DNA of 64,000 nucleotides. It comes from Candidatus Neptunichlamydia sp. (GTDB taxonomy: Bacteria; Chlamydiota; Chlamydiia; Chlamydiales; Simkaniaceae). Of this stretch, positions 39,856 to 49,624 are shown in pieces (position 1 is the first letter of the stretch; every line of letters begins with the position of its first letter). Made by a program: the position numbers and the translations under genes. The notes beneath the pieces were generated by a model. It was not told the origin of the DNA. It saw only the letters and a list, made by a program, of their open reading frames with translations, and searched no databases. The stretch is taken from the NCBI GenBank assembly GCA_965233865.1, contig OZ247587.1, positions 1,600,001 to 1,664,000 of the forward strand, given 5' to 3'.

Positions 39856-40447
39856 TGAGAACCGGTAATATTCTCTTTTCAGCTGTCCATTTTTTTGTTG
39901 TTTTGTGTGTGCTAGGGTTGAGTTTTTTCTTCTTAGCCCTTCCACATGCGGATTATTTTAGGATACAGCTTATCAACTTCCTGGAAGATACACACAGTAT
40001 GTGCACTCTTATTGGGGGAATCATCCTAGGGGTTGGAGCAATTCTTTTTATGGCGGCTTACCTCTTAAACCGCAGGCAATATGTGAGCCTAGAAATGGAG
40101 GGAGTTTCTGTCGATATTGAAGAGGGGGTATAGCTAAAGTGACTTAAATTAGTTATTGTCAGTACTCCCTGAAAATCCTATTTATTCCATAGATGGTATA
40201 ACTAAAACAACTCAATTTAGCTATAATCTAAAGTTGCGCGAAGGCCTACTTTCAAAAGAGGTTTCCTGATTTTGAGTCTGTTTTCGAAGTTGTAATTCGC
40301 GGAAAATCAACGATTGAAATTATGACATCCCTCCCCGTTCCTCAAGAGGAAGCGTTTTTCAAAGAGGTAGAAGAGAAATTGGGCTTTATTTTGGCTCGGC
40401 ATTTAGGGTATCAAAAACCCTTTACCGTGACGTTTGTTGAAAACTGA
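39855..40447 (+). pseudogene. Membrane protein gene split by the 93-bp MITE
   Basis: Removing 40131..40225 gives ...EEGV-I*SCAKAYFQKRFP...LGYQKPFTVTFVEN* in one frame with one internal stop. Confidence 0.8.
40131..40223. mobile_element. 93-bp MITE with IS630-type ends, copy 1
   Basis: TA|TAGCTAAAGTGACTTAAATTAGTTAT...ATAACTAAAACAACTCAATTTAGCTA|TA. Confidence 0.9.
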
Positions 40448-42236
40448 GAAGGGCTTTAACATCTTTCTTTGAAAGTCCAGGAAGCTCTTCAAGTTGGTCT
40501 TTTGAAGCTTCTTTGATCCGTTTCACACTTCCAAAGTGCTTTAAGAGGAGGGTGCATTTTTTTTGGCCAATCCCTGGAATTCCATCTAGCTCGGTTTGGA
40601 TGAGGCGTTTGCTTCGTCGTTTTCGGTGATAGGTAATGGCAACTCGGTGTGCTTCGTCCCGGATTTTCTGCAAGATAAAAAGAGTAGAAGAGCGAGGAGA
40701 AAGAAAGATAGGATCTTTTTTATGGGGAATGAAGATCTTTTCAAAATTGAGTCCTTTGTCGTGTTTCCCGTCTTCTTTGGCAAGAGAGATGATATCGACA
40801 TTGGCAATTTCCAATTCTTTAAAAACTTCCAGGGCGACATTTAGCTGCCCTTTTCCTCCGTCGACCATTGTCAAATCGGGAAGGTCATCTTTTTTCTTTG
40901 CTTTGGTATAGTGGCGCAAAAGTGCCTCGCGCATTGCGCCGTAATCATCTGGTTTATCGATCCCTTTTATTTTAAAAAGACGCGTTTTCTCCTTGTCTCT
41001 TTTACCATTGGTAAAGCCCACCATACAAGCAACGAGATCAGCCCCAGAAATATTGGAGGTATCAAAGCACTCAATTTGGACTGGATAATGGGCAAGCCCA
41101 CAGGTTTCTTGTAGATCAAGAAGGAGATCTTCTTTAGATTGCTCTTCAGTGAAAAGAGATTTTGCATTTTTTAACGCCAATTGAATGAGGTGGGCTTTCT
41201 CCCCTCTTTTTGGGCGCATGATGGACACGCCAATCAGCTCTTCAACTGTCTTTTGATTTCTTAAGGGGCTTGAGAGGAGAACCTCTGGGGGGCGGAATTC
41301 TTTCTGTTGGTAATGCTGAAGAAGAAAGGATTCCCAAATCTCTTCGTCAGTAGAAGCAAGTTCAATAAAATTAAAGTGATTGGTGCCAATCAGTCGCCCT
41401 TCTCGGTATACAAGCTTAGAAATGATATGGTGTTTTCCCTCATGGTAAAGAGCAAAAATGTCACAATCCTTTCCCTTGGAGCGGACAATGGTCTGCTTAC
41501 TATGTGTGACATGTTCAATCTGATTGATTTTTTTGCTCAGTGCTCCTGCTTTTTCAAATTCTAAACACTCAGAGGCCTTGAGCATTTCTTCTTTGAGGTT
41601 TTTAATGACCTGTTTGTCATTCCCTTTAAGAAAATCTATACAGCGGCTTACTTCCTCATTATATTCCTCTTTGGTACATTTTGAAGCGCATGGAGCAATA
41701 CAGCGCTTAATAGAGTATAGAAGACAGGGGCGATGGCGAGAGGAAAGTTCACGATCAGAGCATTGGCGGAGTTTGAAGATGCGATTCATTAAATCAAGGG
41801 TTTGTCGCGCCGCAAAAGCGCTTGTATAGGGACCAAACGAGAGCTCACCTTCTTTAGGTTTTCCTCGATGACGCACAATACAAATCATTGGCCACTTATG
41901 CCTGTGATTCACAGTCAAACTAATGAATGTCTTATCATCTTTGAGGAGCACATTATATTTTGGTTGGTGCTTCTTAATAAGGTTGTTTTCTAGGAGGAGA
42001 GCTTCTTTTTCAGAGAAGGTAACAATTGTATCAATTTGTGCTACCTGAGAGGTAAGAAAGGGGACCATCATCCTCCCATCTCTACCAGGAATAAAATATT
42101 GTTTTACTCGTTTACGGAGCTGTTTTGCTTTCCCAATATAGAGGATCTTTCCACCTTCATTTTTCATCAGATAGACACCTGGCTCACTGGGGATTCTTTT
42201 GAGATTTTCGGGATTCATGAGAGATGGTCTTTCCAT
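40422..42236 (-). CDS. uvrC: Excinuclease ABC subunit C
   Basis: PGVYLM..YIGKAK (GIY-YIG), ECFDTSN, DGGKGQL, RDEAHR, HhH. Confidence 0.96.
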   Translation of the reverse strand: MERPSLMNPENLKRIPSEPGVYLMKNEGGKILYIGKAKQLRKRVKQYFIPGRDGRMMVPFLTSQVAQIDTIVTFSEKEALLLENNLIKKHQPKYNVLLKDDKTFISLTVNHRHKWPMICIVRHRGKPKEGELSFGPYTSAFAARQTLDLMNRIFKLRQCSDRELSSRHRPCLLYSIKRCIAPCASKCTKEEYNEEVSRCIDFLKGNDKQVIKNLKEEMLKASECLEFEKAGALSKKINQIEHVTHSKQTIVRSKGKDCDIFALYHEGKHHIISKLVYREGRLIGTNHFNFIELASTDEEIWESFLLQHYQQKEFRPPEVLLSSPLRNQKTVEELIGVSIMRPKRGEKAHLIQLALKNAKSLFTEEQSKEDLLLDLQETCGLAHYPVQIECFDTSNISGADLVACMVGFTNGKRDKEKTRLFKIKGIDKPDDYGAMREALLRHYTKAKKKDDLPDLTMVDGGKGQLNVALEVFKELEIANVDIISLAKEDGKHDKGLNFEKIFIPHKKDPIFLSPRSSTLFILQKIRDEAHRVAITYHRKRRSKRLIQTELDGIPGIGQKKCTLLLKHFGSVKRIKEASKDQLEELPGLSKKDVKALLSFQQTSR

Positions 42237-44764
42237 TCTTGAATCTTTTTGAGAGCTTCAAGAGGAGTTGTCGTGTTTAAATCGAGTTTTTGAACCGCTT
42301 CTGCAAGCCTTTCAAGTGAGGATTCTCTTGGAGAGGGATCTGTTGCTGAAAAAAAAGAGAGTTGCTCTTCTGGATTAGGAGGAGGATCGAGGCCTTTTTC
42401 TTCAAGCTTATGTAGGACTTCATGGGCTCGCTTCAAGACTGGCTGTGGAAGTCCAGCAAGACGTGCCACATGGATTCCATAGCTTTTGTCGGTGCTTCCA
42501 GCAACGATTTTCCTTAGGAACACGATCTGATCAGCAGCTTCTTGCACCGCGACATGGACATTGCTTGCTCCAGCATGGTACTCTTCAAGTTCGGTGAGTT
42601 CCCAATAATGGGTGGCAAAAAGGGTTTTACATCCCACTTTTAATAGGTGCTCAGCAACTGCCCAAGCAATTGAAATCCCATCAAACGTGCTGGTCCCTCG
42701 TCCGATTTCGTCTAAAATTATAAGCGATTGGGGAGTAGCATTGTGAAGAATGTTTGCCGTCTCTGTCATTTCGATCATAAATGTGGATTGCCCACGTGAC
42801 AGGTCATCACTGGCTCCAATACGACTGAAGACCTTATCTACAATTCCAATATGTGCCCTTTTTGCAGGGACATAGGATCCCATTTGAGCCATGATTGTAA
42901 TCAGTGCCACTTGTCGAATGTAGGTGGATTTTCCTGCCATATTTGGGCCGGTAATGAGGAGGAGCCCTTTATTTTGGCTTAAGTGGGTATCATTCGGAAT
43001 AAATGAGTCGCCTATAAGAGAAGCCTCAATTACAGGGTGCCTACCCACTTCGATTTCTAATTGATTTCCTTCGTCAATCACAGGTTTTGTATAGCGATGG
43101 GCTTTGGCAACAATTGCTAAAGAGAGAAGAACATCAAGGGAGGCAATGGATTTTGAAAGAGAGAGGATTGTGTCGATATGCGATGCGATTTCAGCTCGAA
43201 GTTTTTGGTAAAGATGACTCTCTATCTCATGAATTTTCTCTTCGGCGGTGAGGATTTTTTCCTCATAACTTTTAAGCTCTGGAGAAATGAATCTCTCATT
43301 ATTGACGAGGGTTTGTCTTCTTTGAAATGTTAAGGGCATCCGATCTGCTTGCCCTCGGCTTACTTCGATGCAGTATCCAAAGGCCTTGCTGAAGATTATT
43401 TTTAAGGTCTTTATCCCCGTAAGATCTCTAAGCTCGGTTTGATAGTTAGCTATCCACGCCTGGCTATTACTTTTTAAAGAACGGAGCTCATCTAGTTTAG
43501 TGCTTACTCCTGGGTTAATCACTTTCCCATCTCTCAACTTGGCCGGGGGATCATCAACAAGAATTGCTTTTATTTGTTGAGTAATGGGAGAAACATCAGG
43601 AAGGGTGAGGGACTTAAAAAGAGGGGATTGGAAGGTCTTAATTGTCTCATTTAAGGAGGGGAGGGCATCCAAAGAAATTTTTAATTCCATTAGGTCTCGG
43701 GGCGATGCGCTTCCAGTGGAAATTCGCATCATCAGTCGTTCGAAATCTCGGATTGGATGGAGCTTTTCTTTTAGAGAAAGATGCTCCATAAGTTCTTCAA
43801 CCCCTTCTTGCCTTTTTTGGATTTTCTCCACAGAAAGGAGGGGATGAGTCAGCCAAGACTTAAAGAGGCGAGCTCCCATCGGGGTGTGGGTGTGGTCTAG
43901 AAGTTTTAAAAGGGTAAAGCTCTTTCCTCCCTTATGGAGGGAGGCCGTGAGTTCAAGGTTGCGCTGCGTTGCTTGGTCGATTGCCATATAGGAAGAGAGC
44001 TCATCTAAGATAATCGATTTGATATGGGTGGTTGAAAGGCTAAGCTCGTCCTGAACATGAGAGAGAAGAGCTCCTGCTGCCGTAGTTGCGGTGATCATTC
44101 CTTGCAGGCCAAAGCCATCGAGGGAATGCAGTTTAAAGTGGCAAATTAAGGTATTAAATGCAGTTTGAGAATCAAAGTGCCAATTCTCTTTCTTAGTGAC
44201 CCTTAAAGGAAGTTCTTTTAGAAAGGGAGCAAAGGCTTTATGGTCCCTTTCAGAAATAAGAATTTCTGAAGGCCCACGTCTTGTAAGTTCATCTTGCAGC
44301 TTTTGAATTTCACTCGCTTCACTCACGCGGAGCTCTCCTGTCGAAATGTCAAGGAGGGCCAAGGAAAATGTTTGATTTAATGTGTACAAGCAACCGAAAA
44401 AGTTATTATCTTTTTCAGGAAGAGATCTCACAAGAGTTCCGGGAGAAACAACGCGAACCACCTCGCGCTTTACAAGGCCTTTCACTGATTTTGCATCTTC
44501 AACTTGTTCGGCAATTGCGACTAAAAACCCCTTCTCAACAAGTTTTTCAATATACCCCTCAGCAGATTGAGCAGGAACTCCACTCATAGGAATCCCTTGC
44601 CTTTGTGTTAGAGTGACATCTGCAGCGTCTGAAAGGAGCTTTGCATCTTCGTAAAAAGCTTCATAAAAATCTCCTAAACGAAACAAAAGAAGGGCATCTT
44701 TTGCTTTTTGTTTGCAAGCATTCCACTGCATCATCATGGGGGATGGCTTTGTTGCCGTATTCAT
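42215..44764 (-). CDS. mutS: DNA mismatch repair protein MutS
   Basis: FRLGDFYE, TGPNMAGKSTYIRQ, STFMIEM, DEIGRGTS, SYGIHVA. Confidence 0.97.
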   Translation of the reverse strand: MNTATKPSPMMMQWNACKQKAKDALLLFRLGDFYEAFYEDAKLLSDAADVTLTQRQGIPMSGVPAQSAEGYIEKLVEKGFLVAIAEQVEDAKSVKGLVKREVVRVVSPGTLVRSLPEKDNNFFGCLYTLNQTFSLALLDISTGELRVSEASEIQKLQDELTRRGPSEILISERDHKAFAPFLKELPLRVTKKENWHFDSQTAFNTLICHFKLHSLDGFGLQGMITATTAAGALLSHVQDELSLSTTHIKSIILDELSSYMAIDQATQRNLELTASLHKGGKSFTLLKLLDHTHTPMGARLFKSWLTHPLLSVEKIQKRQEGVEELMEHLSLKEKLHPIRDFERLMMRISTGSASPRDLMELKISLDALPSLNETIKTFQSPLFKSLTLPDVSPITQQIKAILVDDPPAKLRDGKVINPGVSTKLDELRSLKSNSQAWIANYQTELRDLTGIKTLKIIFSKAFGYCIEVSRGQADRMPLTFQRRQTLVNNERFISPELKSYEEKILTAEEKIHEIESHLYQKLRAEIASHIDTILSLSKSIASLDVLLSLAIVAKAHRYTKPVIDEGNQLEIEVGRHPVIEASLIGDSFIPNDTHLSQNKGLLLITGPNMAGKSTYIRQVALITIMAQMGSYVPAKRAHIGIVDKVFSRIGASDDLSRGQSTFMIEMTETANILHNATPQSLIILDEIGRGTSTFDGISIAWAVAEHLLKVGCKTLFATHYWELTELEEYHAGASNVHVAVQEAADQIVFLRKIVAGSTDKSYGIHVARLAGLPQPVLKRAHEVLHKLEEKGLDPPPNPEEQLSFFSATDPSPRESSLERLAEAVQKLDLNTTTPLEALKKIQEWKDHLS

Positions 44765-45213
44765 TTTGTGATCCTTTTTAGCAATCTTTTCAAAAGACCT
44801 TCTTCCTTTTCACCATTGATGATATCAAGAGCCTCTTTAGCCTCTTCGATTCCCTTTGCAATTTGTAGAATGACACCATCACACCATCTTTGCGACTCTT
44901 CGATATCTGTTTGGAGTTGTTCTAACTGCTTCAATATTTCTTGTGGGGATTTTGAAATATTTACGTCTGGGAAGGCATTGCTTGTCTGAAGCTCTGTTTT
45001 ATAATTGTCAATCGATTGTCTAAGCTCAAAAATTTCGATCAGCAGGGGAAGAAAAGTCTTTTTAAACTTCTCCCGCACTCCTTTTGTTGCTAAAGAGGGG
45101 ATGATTTTTTTTGGCTCTCCATGAGATGCCATTTTATTTAAAGAGATGGACTCCGATAAAGGAGAGGCCTCTAGCTTTCGATAGACCTTTTTTTTGAAGT
45201 TTGCTTTATTCAT
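44761..45213 (-). CDS. Hypothetical coiled-coil protein
   Basis: 150-aa ORF overlapping the mutS start; heptad-rich. Confidence 0.7.
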   Translation of the reverse strand: MNKANFKKKVYRKLEASPLSESISLNKMASHGEPKKIIPSLATKGVREKFKKTFLPLLIEIFELRQSIDNYKTELQTSNAFPDVNISKSPQEILKQLEQLQTDIEESQRWCDGVILQIAKGIEEAKEALDIINGEKEEGLLKRLLKRITK

Positions 45214-45263
45214 GGTTTCACCTTAAGATTAGTAGTGTATATCGTCAGTGAAAAAATGTCGAC

Positions 45264-47048
45264 ATGGGTATTTATACAAAAAAAAGCTTAGAGCTTCTCA
45301 GAGAAAAGATAGACCTCATTGAGGTGGTTTCTTCCTATGTAAATCTAAAACCTGCGGGGAGTAGTTACAAGGGAGTTTGTCCATTTCATGATGAGAAAAC
45401 CCCCTCGTTTATGATCCAGAAAGGGGAGTCTCATTACCACTGCTTTGGTTGTGGTGCGCACGGTGATGCCATTGCCTTTTTGATGGGATACATGAAAATG
45501 AGTTTCATTGAAGCCATTGACACTTTGTCAGAACGGTTTCAAGTTCCTTTAGAAGAAGCAGAATATGAAAAACGCTCAGAGGGTCCGACAAAGAAAGAGC
45601 TCAAAGATGCGCTTTTAAAAGCTTCAGGATTTTACCACACCTATCTTCTCCACAGCGATGAGGGGCATGTCGCCCTCAAATATCTTTATGATCGAGGGCT
45701 TGATCTAGATTTTATTCGCCTTTTTAAAATTGGGTTTGCTCCAAGAAAGGGCGCTTTGTTTGGGAAGTTTCTGCAGAAGCACCGCTATAGCGCTGCCCTT
45801 TTAGAAGCAGCAGGGCTGATTAAAACCCTTCCCGATGGGAAGAAAAAGGCTTTTTTCTCCAATAGAGTTACATTTCCTATCCTTGATGTTTCAGGTGGAG
45901 TGATCGGTTTTTCTGCTCGGAAGACTTCTGAAGGTATACCTGGCCCCAAGTATCTCAATACTCCTGAAACGCTTCTTTTCAAGAAGTCAAGCACACTTTA
46001 CGGTCTTAGCTTCTCTAGACGGCGGATTGCAAAGGAAAAGCGGGCGATTGTTGTTGAAGGGCAAATTGATGCTCTTCGCCTGATCCAGGCTGGATTTAAC
46101 ATTACTGTTGCAGGGCAGGGGACAGCATTTACCGAGGATCATGTAAAAGTGCTTCTTAATCTAGGGGTTACTAAAATTTATCTTGCTTTGGATGGAGATG
46201 CTGCAGGGCGGGCCGCTGCTTCAAAAATTGGGAATCTCTTCCAAAAAGAGGGCGTTGAAGTTTGTTGTGTTTCCGTTCCTCTTGGAATGGACCCCGATAC
46301 AATCCTGAAAGAGCAAGGCCCTCTTGCATTTAGTGAACTTCTTGAGAAAGCTGAAGATTATCTTTCGTTCATTATCTCCTATTTTTCAAAAGACAGTGAT
46401 CTTTCTTCCCCCTCTGAGAAAAACCATCTCATCCAAACGATCGCTGCGCGGATTCGAAGCTGGGACCATCCTCTGATGGTTCATGAATCGCTTCGGAAAC
46501 TTGCGCGACTGACCCAAGTTCCCGAGAAACTCGTTGGTGTGGGTCAAGAAGATATGCGGCGCTCAACCTTTGTTAAGCGAACAGGAAGCGTTTCAGAGGT
46601 AGAAATCAACCCTAATCGAGTGATTGAAACCGATCTTCTTCGATGGCTCTTTCTTCTTGGAGACTCGAAGCCACAACTCCTCTCAGTTGTGAAGGAAAAT
46701 ATCCGCCCCGAGCACTTTACCATTCCCCTTTGTCGTCGCCTTTTCTCTGTATACATGGAAACCACTGAAGCTGATCTTCTTAGTCTTGCAAGTAATCTCA
46801 ATAACACCGAAGAGCAGCTACTCTTTTCTCAGATCGTTCAAAAGAAGGTGAATCCTGAAAAGGCCGAAGAAGGGGTACTCGAAACTGCAACAAAAATGCT
46901 CCAACATTATTGGATGGAAGAGCGTGAAAAGATCAAAATTCAAATTCAAAGTGGGCGCTGCTCTGAAGACGAAGTTTTGGAGCTTGCTAAACAATTCGAT
47001 GCTCTCAAAGGAGCTCCCCCTTCAATACTTTGGAGCAGATCGGTTTGA
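45264..47048 (+). CDS. dnaG: DNA primase
   Basis: CPFHDEKTPSF...HCFGCG, PKYLNTPET, VEGQID, LDGDAAG, DPD. Confidence 0.97.
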   Translation: MGIYTKKSLELLREKIDLIEVVSSYVNLKPAGSSYKGVCPFHDEKTPSFMIQKGESHYHCFGCGAHGDAIAFLMGYMKMSFIEAIDTLSERFQVPLEEAEYEKRSEGPTKKELKDALLKASGFYHTYLLHSDEGHVALKYLYDRGLDLDFIRLFKIGFAPRKGALFGKFLQKHRYSAALLEAAGLIKTLPDGKKKAFFSNRVTFPILDVSGGVIGFSARKTSEGIPGPKYLNTPETLLFKKSSTLYGLSFSRRRIAKEKRAIVVEGQIDALRLIQAGFNITVAGQGTAFTEDHVKVLLNLGVTKIYLALDGDAAGRAAASKIGNLFQKEGVEVCCVSVPLGMDPDTILKEQGPLAFSELLEKAEDYLSFIISYFSKDSDLSSPSEKNHLIQTIAARIRSWDHPLMVHESLRKLARLTQVPEKLVGVGQEDMRRSTFVKRTGSVSEVEINPNRVIETDLLRWLFLLGDSKPQLLSVVKENIRPEHFTIPLCRRLFSVYMETTEADLLSLASNLNNTEEQLLFSQIVQKKVNPEKAEEGVLETATKMLQHYWMEEREKIKIQIQSGRCSEDEVLELAKQFDALKGAPPSILWSRSV

Positions 47049-47270
47049 TCAAATGGCTTCTTCTTATCTGTTCTGAGAATATTTCCTTTTTTTTCTGCAT
47101 TCGCAATAATAAATTGATTATAGGGATAGGTTCATGATGTTTTTGAGCCAAAGAAAAAAATAGACTATTCTTAAAGTGGCTTAAATTATTGATTATTAAT
47201 AAAAAATCTTGACAGAGACTAAGTTTGAGTGCACTCTATTGAGAGAGTATTTTAACAAGCATAGGAACAG

Positions 47271-47789
47271 ATGCTCTACTTTGTTGCAACGCTTAGTATT
47301 CTTTTTGTCGTGCTTCTTCTTCTTCTCCTCTTTACCTGGAAGAATGGGGTCTCACCGATGCCCACATCTCACAAGATACGTGATGCCCTTTTAGAAAACC
47401 TTCCTAAGCTAAACGATGAAACAGTTATTGAGACGGGCTCAGGGTGGGGAAATCTTCTTTTTCCCCTTTCGAAGAAATACGCAAATTGCTCGATTATTGG
47501 TTTTGAAAACTCGCCAATTCCCTACCTTTTTTCCTCCTTTCTCAATCACTCAAAAAATTTGAAAATTGTGAGACATGACTTTTTTGAAAAGTCTCTGCGG
47601 GATGCAAGCCTCATTGTGTGTTATCTTTCCCCAGAGAGTATGGAGCGTCTCAAAGAAAAATTAGAGAGGGAACTTCGTCCAGGAACACAGGTTGTTTCCC
47701 ACACTCATGAAATTTCTACTTGGAAACCAAAGAAAACCATTTCCGTTGACTCGTCGATGATTTATCTCTACGAGGTACCTAATGCTTAA
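47271..47789 (+). CDS. Membrane-anchored class I SAM-dependent methyltransferase
   Basis: N-terminal TM, GVSPMPT, ETGSGWG, DFF, CYL, ELRPGTQVVS. Confidence 0.82.
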   Translation: MLYFVATLSILFVVLLLLLLFTWKNGVSPMPTSHKIRDALLENLPKLNDETVIETGSGWGNLLFPLSKKYANCSIIGFENSPIPYLFSSFLNHSKNLKIVRHDFFEKSLRDASLIVCYLSPESMERLKEKLERELRPGTQVVSHTHEISTWKPKKTISVDSSMIYLYEVPNA

Positions 47790-47915
47790 TTACAAAAATT
47801 CGCGAATATTATTTCGCTCGAATTTTTCAAGGGCAGCAAAATGCGAAGCGCGAGCATGAAGATGATTCGAGAAAGGTGAGTAAATAATAAAGCGAATTTT
47901 TGCAATTAGGCACTA
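47780..47915. repeat. 136-bp palindromic miniature element
   Basis: Ends TAATGCTTAATTACAAAAATTCGC versus reverse complement TAGTGCCTAATTGCAAAAATTCGC (21/24). Confidence 0.75.
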
Positions 47916-47949
47916 AAAACCAGAAATAATTTAAATTTTGGGTAGCTTC

Positions 47950-48367
47950 ATGAAAAAACTATCAATATACTTTGCGGGAACAATTCAAAAAAACCACGAA
48001 ACTCTTGAGTCCAGGTGGACTCAAGAAGATTTTGAGAGCTTGCAGATGCAGTTGCGCCCTCATTCCCTCCTTTTTCTTAATCATGCGCAGCGATCAGATA
48101 ATCTATCAGATCAAGAGTCAGTATTTGGGCGTGATATAGCTAAAGTGACTTAAATTAGTTATTTTTAGTACTCCCTGAAAATACTATCTATTCCATAGTT
48201 AATATAACTAAAACAACTCACTTTATCTATATGACTCAGATCTTTCTTGCAGATATCGTTTTTGTTGATGCACGCCACCGTCATGGCCTTGGCGTAGATG
48301 CTGAGATGATGTGGGCGAAGTTTCATGCTAAACCGGTCATCATCCTGGCTCCTGAGGAAACACACTA
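47950..48367 (+). pseudogene. Nucleoside 2-deoxyribosyltransferase-like gene split by a MITE and truncated by IS630
   Basis: MKKLSIYFAGTIQK...FGRD|MTQIFLADIVFVDARHRHGLGVDAEMMWAKFHAKPVII is in frame after MITE removal. Confidence 0.72.
48137..48229. mobile_element. 93-bp MITE with IS630-type ends, copy 2
   Basis: TA|TAGCTAAAGTGACTTAAATTAGTTAT...ATAACTAAAACAACTCACTTTATCTA|TA; same length as copy 1 with scattered substitutions. Confidence 0.9.
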
Positions 48368-48768
48368 TAGCTAAGTTGATATAATTTAGTTATAGACAAT
48401 ATTCCTTAAAAAGTTCATCTATTCCACATTGATATTTTCTTCGTTTAGATTTTGCTTGTGCCCATTTATGCTCAATAGGATTTAAATCTGGGGAATATGG
48501 GGGAAAATATTCCAAGATGTGGCCTGCAGCTTCGATCTTTTCTTGCATAGATTTGCTTTTATGAAACGATGAATTATCCATAACCAAAACGCTTTCAGAA
48601 GGAAGTTTCGGCATCAAGTCTTGCTCTGCCCAACTGCTAAAGGCATCTGTATTAATATTACAATCAAACAGTGCAAGAGTAGGAAGGTTTGTTCCAAGTA
48701 ACGCCCCTATTGCATTTGTCCTCCCTTTTGCTCCCCAGTCATGGGTGCTGAAGCACCTCTTTCCTATT
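48368..48768 (-). mobile_element. IS630-family 3' remnant
   Basis: VMDNSSFHK, PPYSPDLNPIEHKWA; end TA|TAGCTAAGTTGATATAATTTAGTTAT; nearly identical to 52418-52749. Confidence 0.9.
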
Positions 48769-49006
48769 ACGGTAGGTGCATTTTTGTAAAAAGTGCACCA
48801 GGAGGATTGAAGCCTCCCAGGGCATGAAACTAAGGCACTACTCGTACATAGCCGTCTCAAGGTGAAAATGATTACGAACCATCTTCAAATCTTAAAAGAT
48901 AAATTTTCTTTTTATCAAAAAAAACTTTTTAGTCCCTGAATTAATATTTTAAAAAGTTTTTTGTAATTTGTTGCAATTATAGATATTTTAATTTAATCGT
49001 TGTATT

Positions 49007-49624
49007 ATGAAACTAAAAAAGAAAGAGGATCCTATGTATAAAAAGTATTTTGGGATTGAAACGCCCATTGTTTATTTAAAAAACGTCAAAGTTCAAAAGA
49101 AAGCCCAAGAACGCTTTAAGCGTTCTTGGAAACGGTTTTTAAAAAAAGCTAAACCGATAGTTTCTGAATTTCGAGGAGAGCGCTTTGATGCTTTTTTCAG
49201 GCAGCTTGAAAAAGATGGATGTGATGAAAGATATAACCGTCGTGTCAGTATCCGATTTATCAATCCTGTTGTTGGATACGGTGTTTTTGCAAAGGAAAAC
49301 ATCCCTCCTTATTCTACGCTTTGTCAGTACACGGGGGTGTTAACGATCGATGATGAGATTGATCCGGATCATGACAGCACTTTTTCTTTTACCGATTACA
49401 AAACATTTTCTATTGATGCTGCAAAGCATGGGAACTGGGCACGGTTCATGAATCATTGCGCTGAGGGAGAAGAAAAGAATAATACGATTCCTTGGGAGCA
49501 TTATTTGGAAGAAGGACCTCGGATCGTTTTTACTTCTGGTCAATATGGGATTAAAAAGGGGAAGCAGATTCTCTATTCTTATGGAGATGACTATTGGGCC
49601 GAAAAAAAGTGTGTTAAGTTTTAG
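49007..49624 (+). CDS. SET domain protein (lysine methyltransferase)
   Basis: GYGVFA, YTG, IDA..HGNWARFMNH, IKKG.QI.YSYGDDYW. Confidence 0.9.
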   Translation: MKLKKKEDPMYKKYFGIETPIVYLKNVKVQKKAQERFKRSWKRFLKKAKPIVSEFRGERFDAFFRQLEKDGCDERYNRRVSIRFINPVVGYGVFAKENIPPYSTLCQYTGVLTIDDEIDPDHDSTFSFTDYKTFSIDAAKHGNWARFMNHCAEGEEKNNTIPWEHYLEEGPRIVFTSGQYGIKKGKQILYSYGDDYWAEKKCVKF

